Assembly: GCA_032718475.1 (NCBI GenBank)
Contig: JAUCBJ010008594.1
Location: 1 to 64,000, forward strand
DNA from: Nemertoderma westbladi
Lineage: Eukaryota; Animalia; Xenacoelomorpha
DNA length: 64,000 nucleotides
Direction of reading: 5' to 3'
Shown here: piece by piece, positions 52,574 to 64,000 of the stretch
How positions within the stretch are numbered: position 1 is the stretch's first letter
How the letters are laid out: every line of letters begins with the position of its first letter
The notes under the pieces: model-generated
The model's database searches: none
Seen by the model: the letters and a program-made list of their open reading frames with translations, nothing else
What the model was told of the DNA's origin: nothing
Translations under genes and position numbers: made by a program

Positions 52574-54357
52574 TTAATCCCTCCAAAAGATGTCCTACTG
52601 ACGTATGGTGTTAAAACATTATGGAAATTACGAAAATGTGTTTACGGTTAAACAGAAGATTCGAGACAATGGTATGGAAAGGTTAAGGAAGAAATAGAGA
52701 AACTTGGCGGTATAATGTCTAAAATGGATAATGCATTATTTATATTCAAAAGTAGTGATGATGAAGTAGTGGGTGTTATTGGACTCCATGTTGATGATGT
52801 TTTATTAGCTGGAAATTCATCTATAGTTAATAAGATTGTAAAAACGTTGGACTCGATATTCAAAATAGGAAAGATTAAGAAGGTCAATAGCGAATGGGTA
52901 GAATTTCTAGGTCTTCAGATTCGGAAAAGAGATTCGCGATTTGAAATTTTACAGGCGAAATATGTGGATCAACTAGAGTGTCTGGATGTTAGTGACAGAG
53001 TTCGAATTGGTTGTGAGTCAGAAACTGCAAGGACGGCAGTTGGTAAACTTATGTGGCTTTGCACAACAAGTCATATCATTCTCTGTGAGTCGATTGGCAA
53101 CATGTACTACATAGTTAAGCTACGCTCTCTGATTTAAACAAACTTAACAAATTGATTCGCACAGTGAAATCTCAACCATTTGTACTTCCATTCTTAAGAG
53201 ATATGTCCGATTGTATAACAGTGTATGTTGATGCATCCTTTGGTAATCCATCTTGGGGTGGATATATTCTAATCTGGGGTAGAGCTGTTATTGGGTGGAA
53301 ATCGTATAGACTAAAACGCGTCACTAGAAGTGCTCTTGCTGCTGAGGCTATATCTATGGTCGATGCTGTTGACGAGGCTGTCTATCTCAGGAGTTTGATA
53401 TCGGAATTTACTCCTGCAACTTGTAAGAGAACTAGCATAAAACGAATTACTGATAATCGGTGTCTCTTCAATTGTATTAACAATGGATCCCTTTATTCGG
53501 AGAAGAGATTACAACTGGATCTAGAATGTGTTAGGGGAGTGATAAACGAGGAAATGAATCTTGGAAATGATCGACCCATCGAGTGGGTATCCACCGTTGA
53601 TTTGTTGGCGGATCCTTTGACAAAAGAGAAGACGGGGAATGTTATGATTAACTCATTAAACAAGATGTTCGTCGAAAGACAATAAATTCCGAACTGAGGC
53701 TAATGACTAATTATATACTACATTGGTTTAAATTAGTAGGCCTACTTTATACTGTATAAAGTACTTAACTCTTTGCTCTACAGCTGTTGGGTCTTCAGCT
53801 GTGGCGATATATTAACTTTTACTGTTAATGTACTTGCTTGACTTTTCGTATTATTATTATATAACATTTTCGTATATTTAAATTGATTTGATTTTAACAT
53901 AAACAGACCCAGGGGGGGCGAGCCTGGAAAGCTGGCCCCAAGAAGATAATTCCACCCCACATCCAATACTAGATTGGATTCCAGCGGAATTGGAGCGCAC
54001 TAGAGGTTGATGCTATCTTCTCACCGGGAAGATAGCATGGTGGGAGTGTTAGCGGATCCAATTCGCTGCACTACCTAGCGGAAAGTGGGGAAAGTGGCGA
54101 TTTACCAATTACGGTTGGCTAGGTGACATTACAAATATAATGTCACCTACCAAGGGGGGGGGGGGGGGGGGGAGAAAGCTAGCACGTGCACACAGAGGTT
54201 AGGGATTTCCAGAGAGCAAGAACAGAGTAGCCAATGGTGGGGCAGATTACCATCTGATTAATGCGCATCCATTGGCCAGGCCAAATAGTAGGTAGCAACA
54301 TTCCATATGTGTTAGTAATATAACCGTTGTCTTTATTACCTGTCATTTAGTTGGTTT

Positions 54358-54620
54358 GAATGGGAGAATCTTTTTAGGCTCGTTAAGCCAAGGAATGCCT
54401 GTTCACCACCATGGGTGATCTTCCACAGTAAACCCTTCCACTCAGTTTCCCAAGTTGCCTTGGTTCCCATTTATCGACCACTGAAGGATGAAAGCCGGGG
54501 TTGGGCTAGGCTGCAGCATTTAAAGCACTGTGCCCAAACAGTGCTGCCCCATCTAGGGTTCGAACCCGGGCTCCCTAATCGGAAGCACAGTAATGTCACC
54601 ACTAGACCAAGCTGCTGCTG
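54358..54620 (-). mobile_element. tRNA-derived SINE inserted in the BEL LTR
   Basis: 13-bp TSD atttagttggttt; A box tggtctagtgg and B box ggttcgaacc on the minus strand; Nin-like central domain. Confidence 0.88.
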
Positions 54621-55059
54621 ATTTAGTTGGTTTATACCGAGTGTGGAAGCAAGACGGTTTAGACCGTCGTCATTAAACGTGCTATTATTGTGTTCTGATT
54701 GTGCTATTATTGTATTCTGACATTACGAACAACTGCCACTAAAAACTCAGTTATTCTTTCGGCCTCCGGCCTTTCAGATACCACAAGCCTTTCAGCAGCC
54801 AGCGGACGCGGCGACGCGTACATTCCAACACACACACACTCCGGTCGGGATTCCCTCGCCAACGCATGGATCCCGTCACAAGAGAAGTATACTAGAAACG
54901 GGCATAGCGGCCCGTGAAGCAAGTCGTACGAGACAGTACGAGTCAAGTAAAAACGTTTTGTTCTGCCTGATAAATTATTATGTTGTAATCATCAAATGAA
55001 TTATAACAGCTGTTGTGATTATAGAAGATAGAGAGCGGTTTGCGAAATGATTATTTTCA

Positions 55060-55200
55060 TATTTGATTATTTTATTTGATTATTTTATTTGATTATTTTA
55101 TTTGATTATTTTATTTGATTATTTTATTTTATTTGATTATTTTATTTTATTATTTTATTTGATTATTTTATTTTATTATTTTATTTGATTATTTTATTTG
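55060..55200 (+). repeat. 13-bp AT-rich tandem repeat
   Basis: atttgattatttt repeated. Confidence 0.9.
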
Positions 55201-57909
55201 GGCCTATTCAATATAGCATTCATTTACTAGTCACGCTATCTCAGATAGTAAACAAACATCAACTGTAAGTTTGTAATGTATGACCCCATCAGCTGATAGC
55301 TCTTCCCAGTGAATCCTATGGGAATATCTACTACCCATTGTGCTGTGTTATGTGGCTGGCCAGCTGATTGAATTTTACTTAGACAGAATACTTATGTTCA
55401 CTAGCTGGTACTAAGTGTACTGAAATGTATTTACTCTGATATAATAATAATATAATTGTTTTATTTAGAAACCTTTTAGGAGGATGAGGTTAATGACTTA
55501 ATCTTGGCAAACATTAAATACTGTATATGATTCAGTCAACCCAGAGCCTAGTAAATTAGTTTTAATTTACATACTGTGCCGTTATGCTGAATGATCAATT
55601 GAGCAATTGTGTAAGTTAATTCTGCTATAAATATGGTAATTGAAATCTGATAACATCTGGATAAACATCTCCCAGTCACTCAACCCTCACATGTGTAGAT
55701 ACTTACTGTACGTACAGTACAGTACATTCCCTGCATAATAAGACTTGACATTGCAAGATTTTTCCATACCCAGTATAGGCCTAATACCAGTATAATGCAT
55801 TTTTAAAATAAATGGAGATTAACTTCTCAATCAACCCAGAGGGAATCTGTCTTTGTGTTACTATATTGCTCCGTTCAAAAAGTTGAATGAATTTTAGCAA
55901 TAATAATTATATTAGGTTACTTACAACTGCTAGAATCGAATTTAGCGAAATCCATTACTGTAGGTTACTGTTGATAGCGGAGATGCTGAATTATTTGTTA
56001 CTGGACTTTGTTACTGTGAGAAAAAAAGGTACTGACTACTTGTTCGCGCTTTTAGACCTTTAACAGTTTAACCTGCTAATTTAAGTGTCTCCTTAAATCG
56101 ACTATTGCCCTTGCCAATTGACATCAGTTGAAACCAGTCTATGCGCGGCGTATGACCCAAAGTGTGGAAAACTGGATTCCGGTTCTAGAGAAAGTTATTT
56201 CAGTGTAGGCTACTTTGTACTATTCGATTGATCGCTACTATATAATCTCCGGCAATTATATTTACTTTCGGGGAAATATAAACAGTTCCTTTGGGACGAG
56301 GCGCTTTAAGTATCAAGCAGAGTTATGACTTACACTAATCACAACTGGAGGCTATAGTGTATCGCAAATAGCGCATTCTTTAGGAATGCTTTATTAACCT
56401 TCACACGACTTCACACTAATTCACACTAATACACACTGATTTGCCGACTGTCACTGATTTTGATCATATATAATCATCTAATAATCATATATAATATAAT
56501 GATATATACATAATATAATGATATACATAATGATATATATACATAATATGATCATATAATATAATTGCAACTGACATACGTATGGATTATGAAATAGCAT
56601 TTAATTCACACAAAAACCACTATAATTTGAGTCGCAATTGCTATTGGTACACCCTTCTGCTTAGCTCAGTAATTAAGAAAGTTGAGGGGTTTACGATTAT
56701 TTATCAGTATTCTCCAAATATAACATCCATTTATATAAACAGCAATTAACAAAAATATAAAACAGTATTAAAATTTATTTTTGATCAAACCTGTTGTCTC
56801 CTGAGCTAGAAAATCAGGATATAAATTTATTATATTTGACCGTTTTGCATGCTGTATCTCTCCGTACACAGTGTATATAATATAGTAGACCTACAATTCA
56901 ATTATAATTAACATAATAAAAATAAACCCGCCTCTACATCGATTAATTAACTCATACCAGGGGAGTGCAGAGCCCTGAATATACAGTATCATTATTATTT
57001 ATTCTATTGGTCTTTGATTAACGTACAGTACAGTAGGCACTTTATGATACAGACGTGCTATCCCTGTTTTTTGCGCAGCTCCGCTTTGCAAATATGAAAC
57101 AATTGTTTAACGGGTGAAAGTGCCTTGTAAAGAAGGCATATATTTCAAAGGGTGAGGGTATATAGACCCAATGCATGCATAGTAATCATATATCATGCAC
57201 ATGAATAGCATGTATAGAAATATATAAACTGCACATCAATATTTAGAGATCAATAACCGAACCGTTAAACATCATTAAATAATTTACACTCAACCTTTAT
57301 TACATTTTATGGAGGAAGAAAGGGGAGGTTGGTGGGTTAAAAAATTCTGAATTCATCCGAAGGTTTGTAAGTTATCGGCTGTCAAGAAAGCCGAATAGAT
57401 TGCTGCATAACCTTTGTTTGTTTGATTTATACTGTATCAGTATAAGCAGTGACGGATAAGACTTGCTTTCCATTACACCACCTTGCGCGGCTTCTATATT
57501 AATTTATATTCTACCCCGAGCGGATGCTCACGTTGTATCACAAAGTACATTGGGCTCAATATTCTACAATATCACCCAATAAATATATTTTATTGTACAT
57601 TAGATCTCTTTTAGCACTGCTAGTGTTTGTTCATGTAGGGCCTACTTATTGTTTTACCAGGAAGCTATCGATTTCTAATACAGGTAGTAGCTATAGATTT
57701 TATACAAAATTCAAAAATATAATATAGTTTCAAATAATATTGTTGCAAAATTAATCTGTTTATAATAAATAGTCAAAATACTGTTCCTGCGCAGTTGACC
57801 AGTATAGTTAACGCTTTTACATTATTAATATTATTATATTATATTAAAGCTTTTCGATGTACATTTTGTCTGTAAGGACTTTATCTTTCGGCAATTTCTT
57901 TCCTTTTCA

Positions 57910-58294
57910 TCATTTCTTCGATCTTCCCCGTCCTTTCTTTCCCTGTAAATATCAATTCATATACTGTTACACTCACTTAATTACGTATATGTACTGTATA
58001 TAGTAGACCTAAACCCACATTATATCCTATATTATATTTAGTCAAACAAACCTTCACTTTCTTTCCCTTTCCTCTACGACTTCTAGATCTGCTTCCTTTA
58101 CCGCGGCGACTCCTAGACCTGCTCTTCTTTCCCTTCTTACTTCCCTTTCGTTTTTTACGTCTCCTTTTCTCCATTTCGTTCCGGCTGGTGGAACGATTAC
58201 CACTCTTTGATAGGCCCCTACTTTTCCTTTCATCTAAGGCCCAACTCGGCAAACTATCCAGCCCTAAATCGCTATCTTCCTGTTGAACAGGCAT
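57910..58294 (-). CDS. Two-exon protamine-like (Arg/Lys/Ser-rich) small basic protein, predicted 91 aa; exons 58294-58052 and 57942-57910
   Basis: KRRRKKRKGSKKGKKSRSRSRRGKGSRSRSRRGKGKKVK, then a phase-0 GTTTGT...TTTACAG intron of 109 nt, then GKKGRGRSKK-TGA; AATAAA at ~57590. Confidence 0.7.
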
Positions 58295-58404
58295 GCTTTT
58301 TCAATGTATTTACCAAAAATTATGTACAGTATTTCCTAAAGAAAAAATGATATCAGAATCTCTTTTGTAAATAATTTTTCTCCTAAATGACATAGGTTGA
58401 TGTG

Positions 58405-58495
58405 TCGTTCTATTATATATTAGAGTTTGAATTCCAGAACTTAGTTTTGGTTGGTTGATTTGAGCAATACTCTTCTGATTATCTGATTGGCTAAA
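58405..58495 (-). promoter_or_regulatory. Putative TATA/CCAAT promoter of the protamine-like gene
   Basis: Minus-strand tagccaatcag (~58488) and tatataat (~58415), about 120 bp upstream of the ATG. Confidence 0.4.
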
Positions 58496-58620
58496 TTAAA
58501 ATGGTATTTGGTAGGCGGTTTTGGTGGTAGGTTTATCCGTTAACGGGATTCGGCATTACTATGTTATGGGTACCCACTTTTTGACCTTTTATTTGACCAT
58601 GTTAATGGCTATTAACAGCC

Positions 58621-59350
58621 ACGTCTCTTTCGAGACAACTGGCGGAATGGGTGAAGCGGTTCGGTGTCCCCACGCGTTTCGCTTCTGAGGGCGGCCCACA
58701 ATTCTCAGGAAATAACTTTACGGATTTCCTAAGCATCTGGGGAGACGAGCCTATCACATCCTCCCCAGTTCACCCACAGAGTAACGGCCTTGCGGAGTCC
58801 GCTGTCAAGACGACTAAGGCGTTACTAACTAAGACAGGGGGGAAACTGGACTCATCGTCATTCCAGGAGGGACTCCTGGAACTTCGCAACTTTACCCGCG
58901 CCCACGGAAAGTCGCCGGCTGAGATCCTGTTCGGTCACCCGGTACGCACTCGGGTGCCTACAAATAGCCGGGCTTTCCTCGCCGACCACCAGGCGACCCG
59001 CACGGAGCTAGAAGGGCGTGTTCACTGGTCTGACGAACAAGCCAGTGCGTCTCCCGATCGGCCACGCCGTTCCTACCCACGCCGCCGAAGGCAATCGCCC
59101 AATAGACTATGATAGTTTGTGTATTGTGGGTGCTCCAACAAACTAGAAAGGGGGTGTATGGATACCATCCAACCCGCACTCATTACTACGTGGCTCGCCC
59201 CAATATGGTAGTCCTTGTGCATACACCAATATACTTTCAGTATCACAGGACAGACAACAGTCAGACAGTGTGGGATACTGTAGGTGGTACGTTGTGTACT
59301 GTACCTCAGTACAGCGCCGCCTAGCTAACAGCAGCACTGCTTACCGGTTA
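58621..59350 (+). mobile_element. Gypsy (Mag-like) integrase 3' fragment with PPT and partial LTR
   Basis: FGVP..SEGGPQF..SSPVHPQSNGLAESAVK..SPAEILFG; agaaaggggg|tgt at 59155. Confidence 0.85.
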
Positions 59351-59737
59351 TAATAACAATTTACAAAAAACAACATGATTTCAGCCCGATAGTTGTATTT
59401 TCCGACTCATCATATTACCTCAGGTAACACAAAATAAAAATTACTAGATACCATCTTGTTGGCAGAAGGTTAAATATTTGTTCTTGAACAAAAAACCTCG
59501 TGATAAAAGCCATTTTCTTATGAAAAAAAGTGGTCGAAAACTAAAATAAATCTAAATTACGGGGGACAGAATGAATATTTCAGTGATTGGCGCAGAATTG
59601 AGTAGAGTTTTGTATTAATAATTAAATAGAATGTAATGCTACAAATAGTTAATACATATTTAGATCTTGTTAACTATCTAACTATCTTAACTATCTGGGC
59701 TCAATCTATCTTATTTACTCGAGTCGGCTGTTAACAT

Positions 59738-60055
59738 TTACGAGTAGTATGCTTCGCACATGATCGATATAGCTCTATGAGCTCGACGGGAATAGGCCTT
59801 GTAAAAGTGGTCCCCACAGATCTTGGAGAGCCACAGATGGAAATCTTCCAGCTTCTCTCTTAGTAGAATGTACTTCGCTAAGACCTGGTAGGCGCGTGTG
59901 AATCCATTATTGGCTTCTCCTATTCCAGGGATGTACTTTACACTCCGATTTCCCAACTCTCGAGCCAGAATCCGTCGATGTTTCTTCGTCTTCAGGATCT
60001 TCCCTATTTTCTTTCCGTTTCCACCTCTTCTCGCGATTCCTCGACTTTCCTTACC
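59738..60055 (-). CDS. Terminal exon encoding a basic linker plus a divergent BAF (BANF)-like domain; upstream exon not found in window
   Basis: After acceptor ttctttcag: GKESRGIARRGGNGKKIGKILKTKKHRRILARELGNRSVKYIPGIGEANNGFTRAYQVLAKYILLREKLEDFHLWLSKICG...MCEAYYS; aligns by eye to BAF (KHR, GIG, GF-AY-VL, F--WL---CG, C-A). Confidence 0.78.
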   Translation of the reverse strand, partial: GKESRGIARRGGNGKKIGKILKTKKHRRILARELGNRSVKYIPGIGEANNGFTRAYQVLAKYILLREKLEDFHLWLSKICGDHFYKAYSRRAHRAISIMCEAYYS

Positions 60056-60544
60056 CTGAAAGAATTGTATTGAGCATTTTGTAAAAGGATTTTATTAAAG
60101 AATTGTAACATTACTCAACGCCGCTAGTATTAACAGCGAGTTGTTATTAGCACTTTACAACTTTAGAGGACATTACAGCATTGTATTGGCCTGTATAATT
60201 AGGGCAGTGATTTTTTATGTCAATTTATTTGACTTTTTTTGTCAATTTTTTTTTACGAATTATGCATAATGACTTTTGTTGTCCATTTAATGACTTTTAT
60301 TGTCAATTTTTATGTATGTATTTCTTCAAACTGTCAGACTGCTGATTTCTGGACTGTCAGACAGTTGATTTCACTATGCCTGTGCCAAAACATTCCATGA
60401 TTCCATGATTTATAGATTATGAGATAGATTTCCATATGCGCCTGTGGTAAAAAGACTCTATATTTAATAGTTTGTGGTTGTTGTCGATAATCGATTACCA
60501 CATGACGTAGCAAAACACTCATTTTATAGCCAAAAACAATTACC

Positions 60545-61275
60545 AATTGATGGAAAGGAGCAGGTTAAGGCCGAGTTTTCTAACCAAAACAATAAACAGT
60601 CACTTTACCAAATCAGGGAAAGGAGCAGGTTACAGAGACGGGATTTTCTAACCAAAACAATAAACGATAACATTACCAATTGAGGGAAAGGAGCAGGTTA
60701 CAGAGGCGGGATTTCCTAACCAAAACAATAAACGATAACATTACCAATTGAGGGAAAGGAGCAGGTTACAGAGGCGGGATTTCCTAACCAAAACAATAAA
60801 CGATCACTTAAACTAATTGAGGGAAAGGAGCAGGTTACAGAGGCGGGATTTTCTAACCAAAACAATAAACAGTCACTTTACCAAATCATGGAAAGGAGCA
60901 TGTTACAGAGACGGGATTTTCTAACCAAAACAATAAACGATCATTTAACTAATTGAGGGAAAGGAGCAGGTTACAGAGACGGGATTTTCTAACCAAAACA
61001 ATAAACGATCATTTAACTAATTGAGGGAAAGGAGCAGGTTACAGAGACGGGATTTTCTAACCAAAACAATAAACGATAACATTACCAATTGAGAGAAAGG
61101 AGCAGGTTACAGATGCGGGATTTTCTAACCAAAACAATAAACGATAACATTACCAATTGAGTGAGGGAAAGGAGCAGGTTACAGAGGCGGGATTATTTAA
61201 CCAAAACAATAAACGATCATTTAGCTAATTGAGGGAAAGGGGCAGATTACAGAGGCGGGATTTTCTAACCAAACT
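60545..61275 (+). repeat. ~68-bp minisatellite, ~10-11 copies
   Basis: gagggaaaggagcaggttacagaggcgggattttctaaccaaaacaataaacgataacattaccaatt. Confidence 0.95.
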
Positions 61276-62459
61276 GTCAACGTCTGAGAATGTACGAATC
61301 CGTATATACCCTTTATTGGACGAACCTCTTGGCCGTCCGATCCTTTGGGCTAAAAACGGGTCGTTGTTTTCGCTATCATTGTGACTACCGGTATCAAACG
61401 GTAACGGGGTATAACATGTATAAGTAGTTTTTTCGAGTACGGATGAGTTTATGAACTGATCTGTGCTGTTGGAAGTAGTGGTGCCGCTCTCCGTAACACT
61501 ACTCAGACAGTAGTCATGATCCATTATTGATTATAAAACTATTACAGTAATAGGCCTAAATTATGTGAAAGATATATCCACATTTTCCACAATCCAGTTT
61601 CGCCTATCAATTATTTAAAATTTATTAGCACAACCGGTAGGCCTACCATTACCGTATTTAAATGGTAGGCTACACAGTAGGCCTATAGCAGTACCAGTGC
61701 CGGTACCGGTACTAAAATACAGAATAACATTAGACTTTTGGATGACATAAAAAATCAAAAAAAATTGACAAAAAAAGGATAAAAATGGACAATAAAAATT
61801 ATTGTGTATAATTAGTATTGTAGTGGGTGTTGTAATGTCCCTTGTTTATGTGGTAACCAATGACGGCGAGCTGTAAAGTTACGGCGTCATTGGTTACCAC
61901 GTAAACAATAGGTGGTATTTGCCTGACAGCCAGATAGGCCTACTGCATTACCTACCGATAGGCGGGGTATAGCTATTAATAAACAGTAGGGCCTAGCTTA
62001 TTATTATAACATGACTCCAAACGCCACCATAAATATAAGCTAACTTATTTATATATGTCAATTTTACATTTATTTATACAGCAACTAATATAATTTGTGC
62101 ATTTTCTATTACTTATAATATATATACAATCATGTCGTAATGTTACAATTTTGTACAAACTTGTCTTGTTGCAAAGTAACTTGTTCCAAAATTGTAACAT
62201 TACTCAACGCCGTTAGTTTTAAACAGCGAGTTGTTATATAGCAATTTACAACTTTTGAGGAAATTACAGCATTCTATTGGCATGTACATTTAGTATTGTA
62301 TTTGGTGTTATCCGATTAGTAATGTCCCCTTAGTGGACATTGCTTAACGCCGTCATTGGTTACTACGTAAATAATAGGTAGAAATTTGCCTGACAGCCAA
62401 ATAGGCCTACTGTATTACCTTCCGGTAAGCGGGGTATATCTATTAATAACCAGTTGGGC

Positions 62460-62498
62460 CATGACCTACTAAAGGGCCTACTACTTTAGTAGGTCATG
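62460..62498. mobile_element. 39-bp P-element-like footprint or minimal element
   Basis: 15-bp TIR catgacctactaaag, 9-nt filler, 7-bp TSD gttgggc; absent from the sister MITE copy at ~61990. Confidence 0.75.
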
Positions 62499-62689
62499 GT
62501 TGGGCCTAGCTATATTATTATATCATGGCTCCACACGCCACCATAAATATAAGCTAAACATATTTATAACATAATTTATGTCACTTTTACATTTATTTAT
62601 ACAGCAACTAATTTAATTTGTCCAGTTTCTATCACTTATAATATATATACAATCATTTCGTAATGTTAAAATTTTGGAATAAGACTACA

Positions 62690-63965
62690 TACAAGAAAGG
62701 CATTTCCTAAAGGAAATGCAACCACGAAGCTAAGGAAAATTAAACAAAGGGCCACAATTTGGTTTGTTGCTTAGCCGAGTTTAGTAGCATTTGCCAATAA
62801 ATAACTTATATTCCCATGGAAACTAGAGTTCTATGGAACTGTTGGTTTTACCTTTGAAAAAAGATTCAGTCCAGATTGTGGTTCAGATAACACATTCCAA
62901 GTTTCAGAAAATATTGTAGTTTATGTCCAAATTACCGATTTTCTATCAAAATGCATCTGTTTGCAGTGGTTGTCATGGAAACTGAAAAATAGAACAATGT
63001 AATTCGGATGCAGAATAAGTCATATAGTGGGGGTAGGTGTTGGTCCCAAGTTTTAATAGTATTAACTTGTGCTTCAAATTATCATTTTATAAATTTTAAC
63101 ATCTGTTTAGACTTGTTGCTATGGTAATTGGATTGTGTAATTAACCTCGAATGGATTGTATATGGACCTTACAGATGAGTTGCAAAACCCTACATTTATA
63201 TTTATTACATTATTTTGCTACAAATAGAGTATTGAATTTAGACTTGAATGATATAGACTTTAATAAACTCCAGTTACCATGGTAACAAGATATTTCTGGA
63301 ATGTTTTCAGTTTCACTAAAAATTCCAACTAATGATCCAGATAACACATTCCCAGTTTCGTAAAATTTTATCGCGAACTCTATGTCCAAATGAGTTATCT
63401 TTGTATACAAACATCTGTTTTCAGCGGTTGTTATGGTAACTGCAAAATTAAACAATGAAATTCGGACGCAGAATAAGTCATATAGTGGGGGTAGGGGTTG
63501 GTCCCAAGACATAACACCTTAACCTTAGGCTTCAAATTAACATTTTATAAATTTTAACATCTGTTTAGCCCGGTTGCCAAGGTAACTGGATTTTCTATTC
63601 AACCTCAATCGGCTCTGCTGCGGACCTTATAGTTGTGTTGCGAAACCCCAAGTTTATATCTATTATAGTTTTCCTACAAATAGAGTTATAAATATTGACT
63701 TGAAATACATAGACTTTTTCTAAGTCCGTTGCCATGGAAACCAGATTTTTCCTGGATATGAGACCCAGCCCAAAAGATGCGCCTCGACGAGTAGTACATA
63801 CATGCAAAATTTCAGGGTACTTTTAAAGGCTAGTTTTTTCTGGAGTCAAAAAACCCCAAATCTGCCCCATACAAGTAAAATAGCCCACTATGAATAGACC
63901 ATCTCAGCTAAGGAAAATCTTTCTTAGCGAAAGTAGTTGATTTTCCTTAGCTTCGTGGATATAAA
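62690..63965 (+). mobile_element. Non-autonomous Helentron-like element with internal ~460-bp repeats
   Basis: 5' hairpin gcatttcc-taaa-ggaaatgc; subterminal IR ccacgaagctaaggaaaa (62722) / ttttccttagcttcgtgg (63941); repeated ccatggaaac blocks. Confidence 0.6.
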
Positions 63966-64000
63966 AAACTGGAAAAATCTGGAACAAAAGGAACCTATTG

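Larger units (their letters stand above)
46159..53899 (+). mobile_element. Degraded Copia (GalEa-like) LTR retrotransposon
   Basis: 234-bp LTRs 46159-46392 and 53666-53899; PBS tggtagcagagcgtgg (tRNA-iMet); integrase (TDNGGEF, SNGVVDRHN) precedes RT (KARLVARGFE, HVDD) and RNase H (VDASF, EKRLQLD, LADPLTK); no matching TSD. Confidence 0.93.
40139..54880 (+). mobile_element. 5'-truncated BEL/Pao element split by ~10.8 kb of nested insertions
   Basis: RNase H (FSDAS..AYGAV, PKLELTAA, WTDS, NPADLLSRG) and integrase (DMFGP, SDNGTNFVGA, INSRPL) at 40139-42260; 3' region to ~43054 resumes at ~53900; PPT then LTR 54047-54880, whose ends resemble the 14243 element LTR. Confidence 0.85.
60098..62675. 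mobile_element. Two tandem ~480-bp MITE copies (60098-62153, interrupted; 62186-62675)
   Basis: Ends aattgtaacattac / gtaatgttacaatt; copies align; copy 1 has an insertion at ~60202-61806 flanked by tataatta. Confidence 0.75.

Noticed and set aside
57844-57912. TGA-TGA as tandem selenocysteines extending the basic protein
   Set aside because: No SECIS recognised downstream; the codons align with Gly-Gly of the paralog, so nonsense mutation is simpler
57977-58051. C-terminal VCLTKYNIGYNVGLGLLYTVHIRN of the 105-aa ORF
   Set aside because: AT-rich read-through past a phase-0 GT donor; interpreted as intron
61225-61524. AT-hook (GRPRGS) protein gene or upstream exon of the BAF-like gene
   Set aside because: Lies inside a TSD-flanked insertion and runs into a minisatellite; probably a transposon ORF remnant, though not excluded

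Overview
Eukaryotic, very probably invertebrate animal, genomic DNA dominated by nested transposable elements. Three long intronless host genes are present: a KH-NYN/PIN-CCCH ribonuclease (N4BP1/Regnase family, 2770-5379 -), a thioredoxin-glutathione reductase selenoprotein ending in G-C-Sec-G with a SECIS (32289-34067 +), and an SLC18B1-like MFS transporter (36065-37363 -). The most unusual item is a tandem paralog pair near 58-60 kb on the minus strand. One copy is a terminal exon encoding a basic linker fused to a divergent barrier-to-autointegration factor (BAF) domain. The other is a two-exon gene with a homologous last exon cut by TGA-TGA, leaving a 91-aa protamine-like Arg/Lys/Ser protein. 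The rest is BEL/Pao, Gypsy (Mag-like) and Copia (GalEa-like) LTR elements, LINE relics, a SINE, many MITEs with readable TSDs, minisatellites, transposon footprints and a local inverted duplication. All calls were made by eye and no database searches were run.
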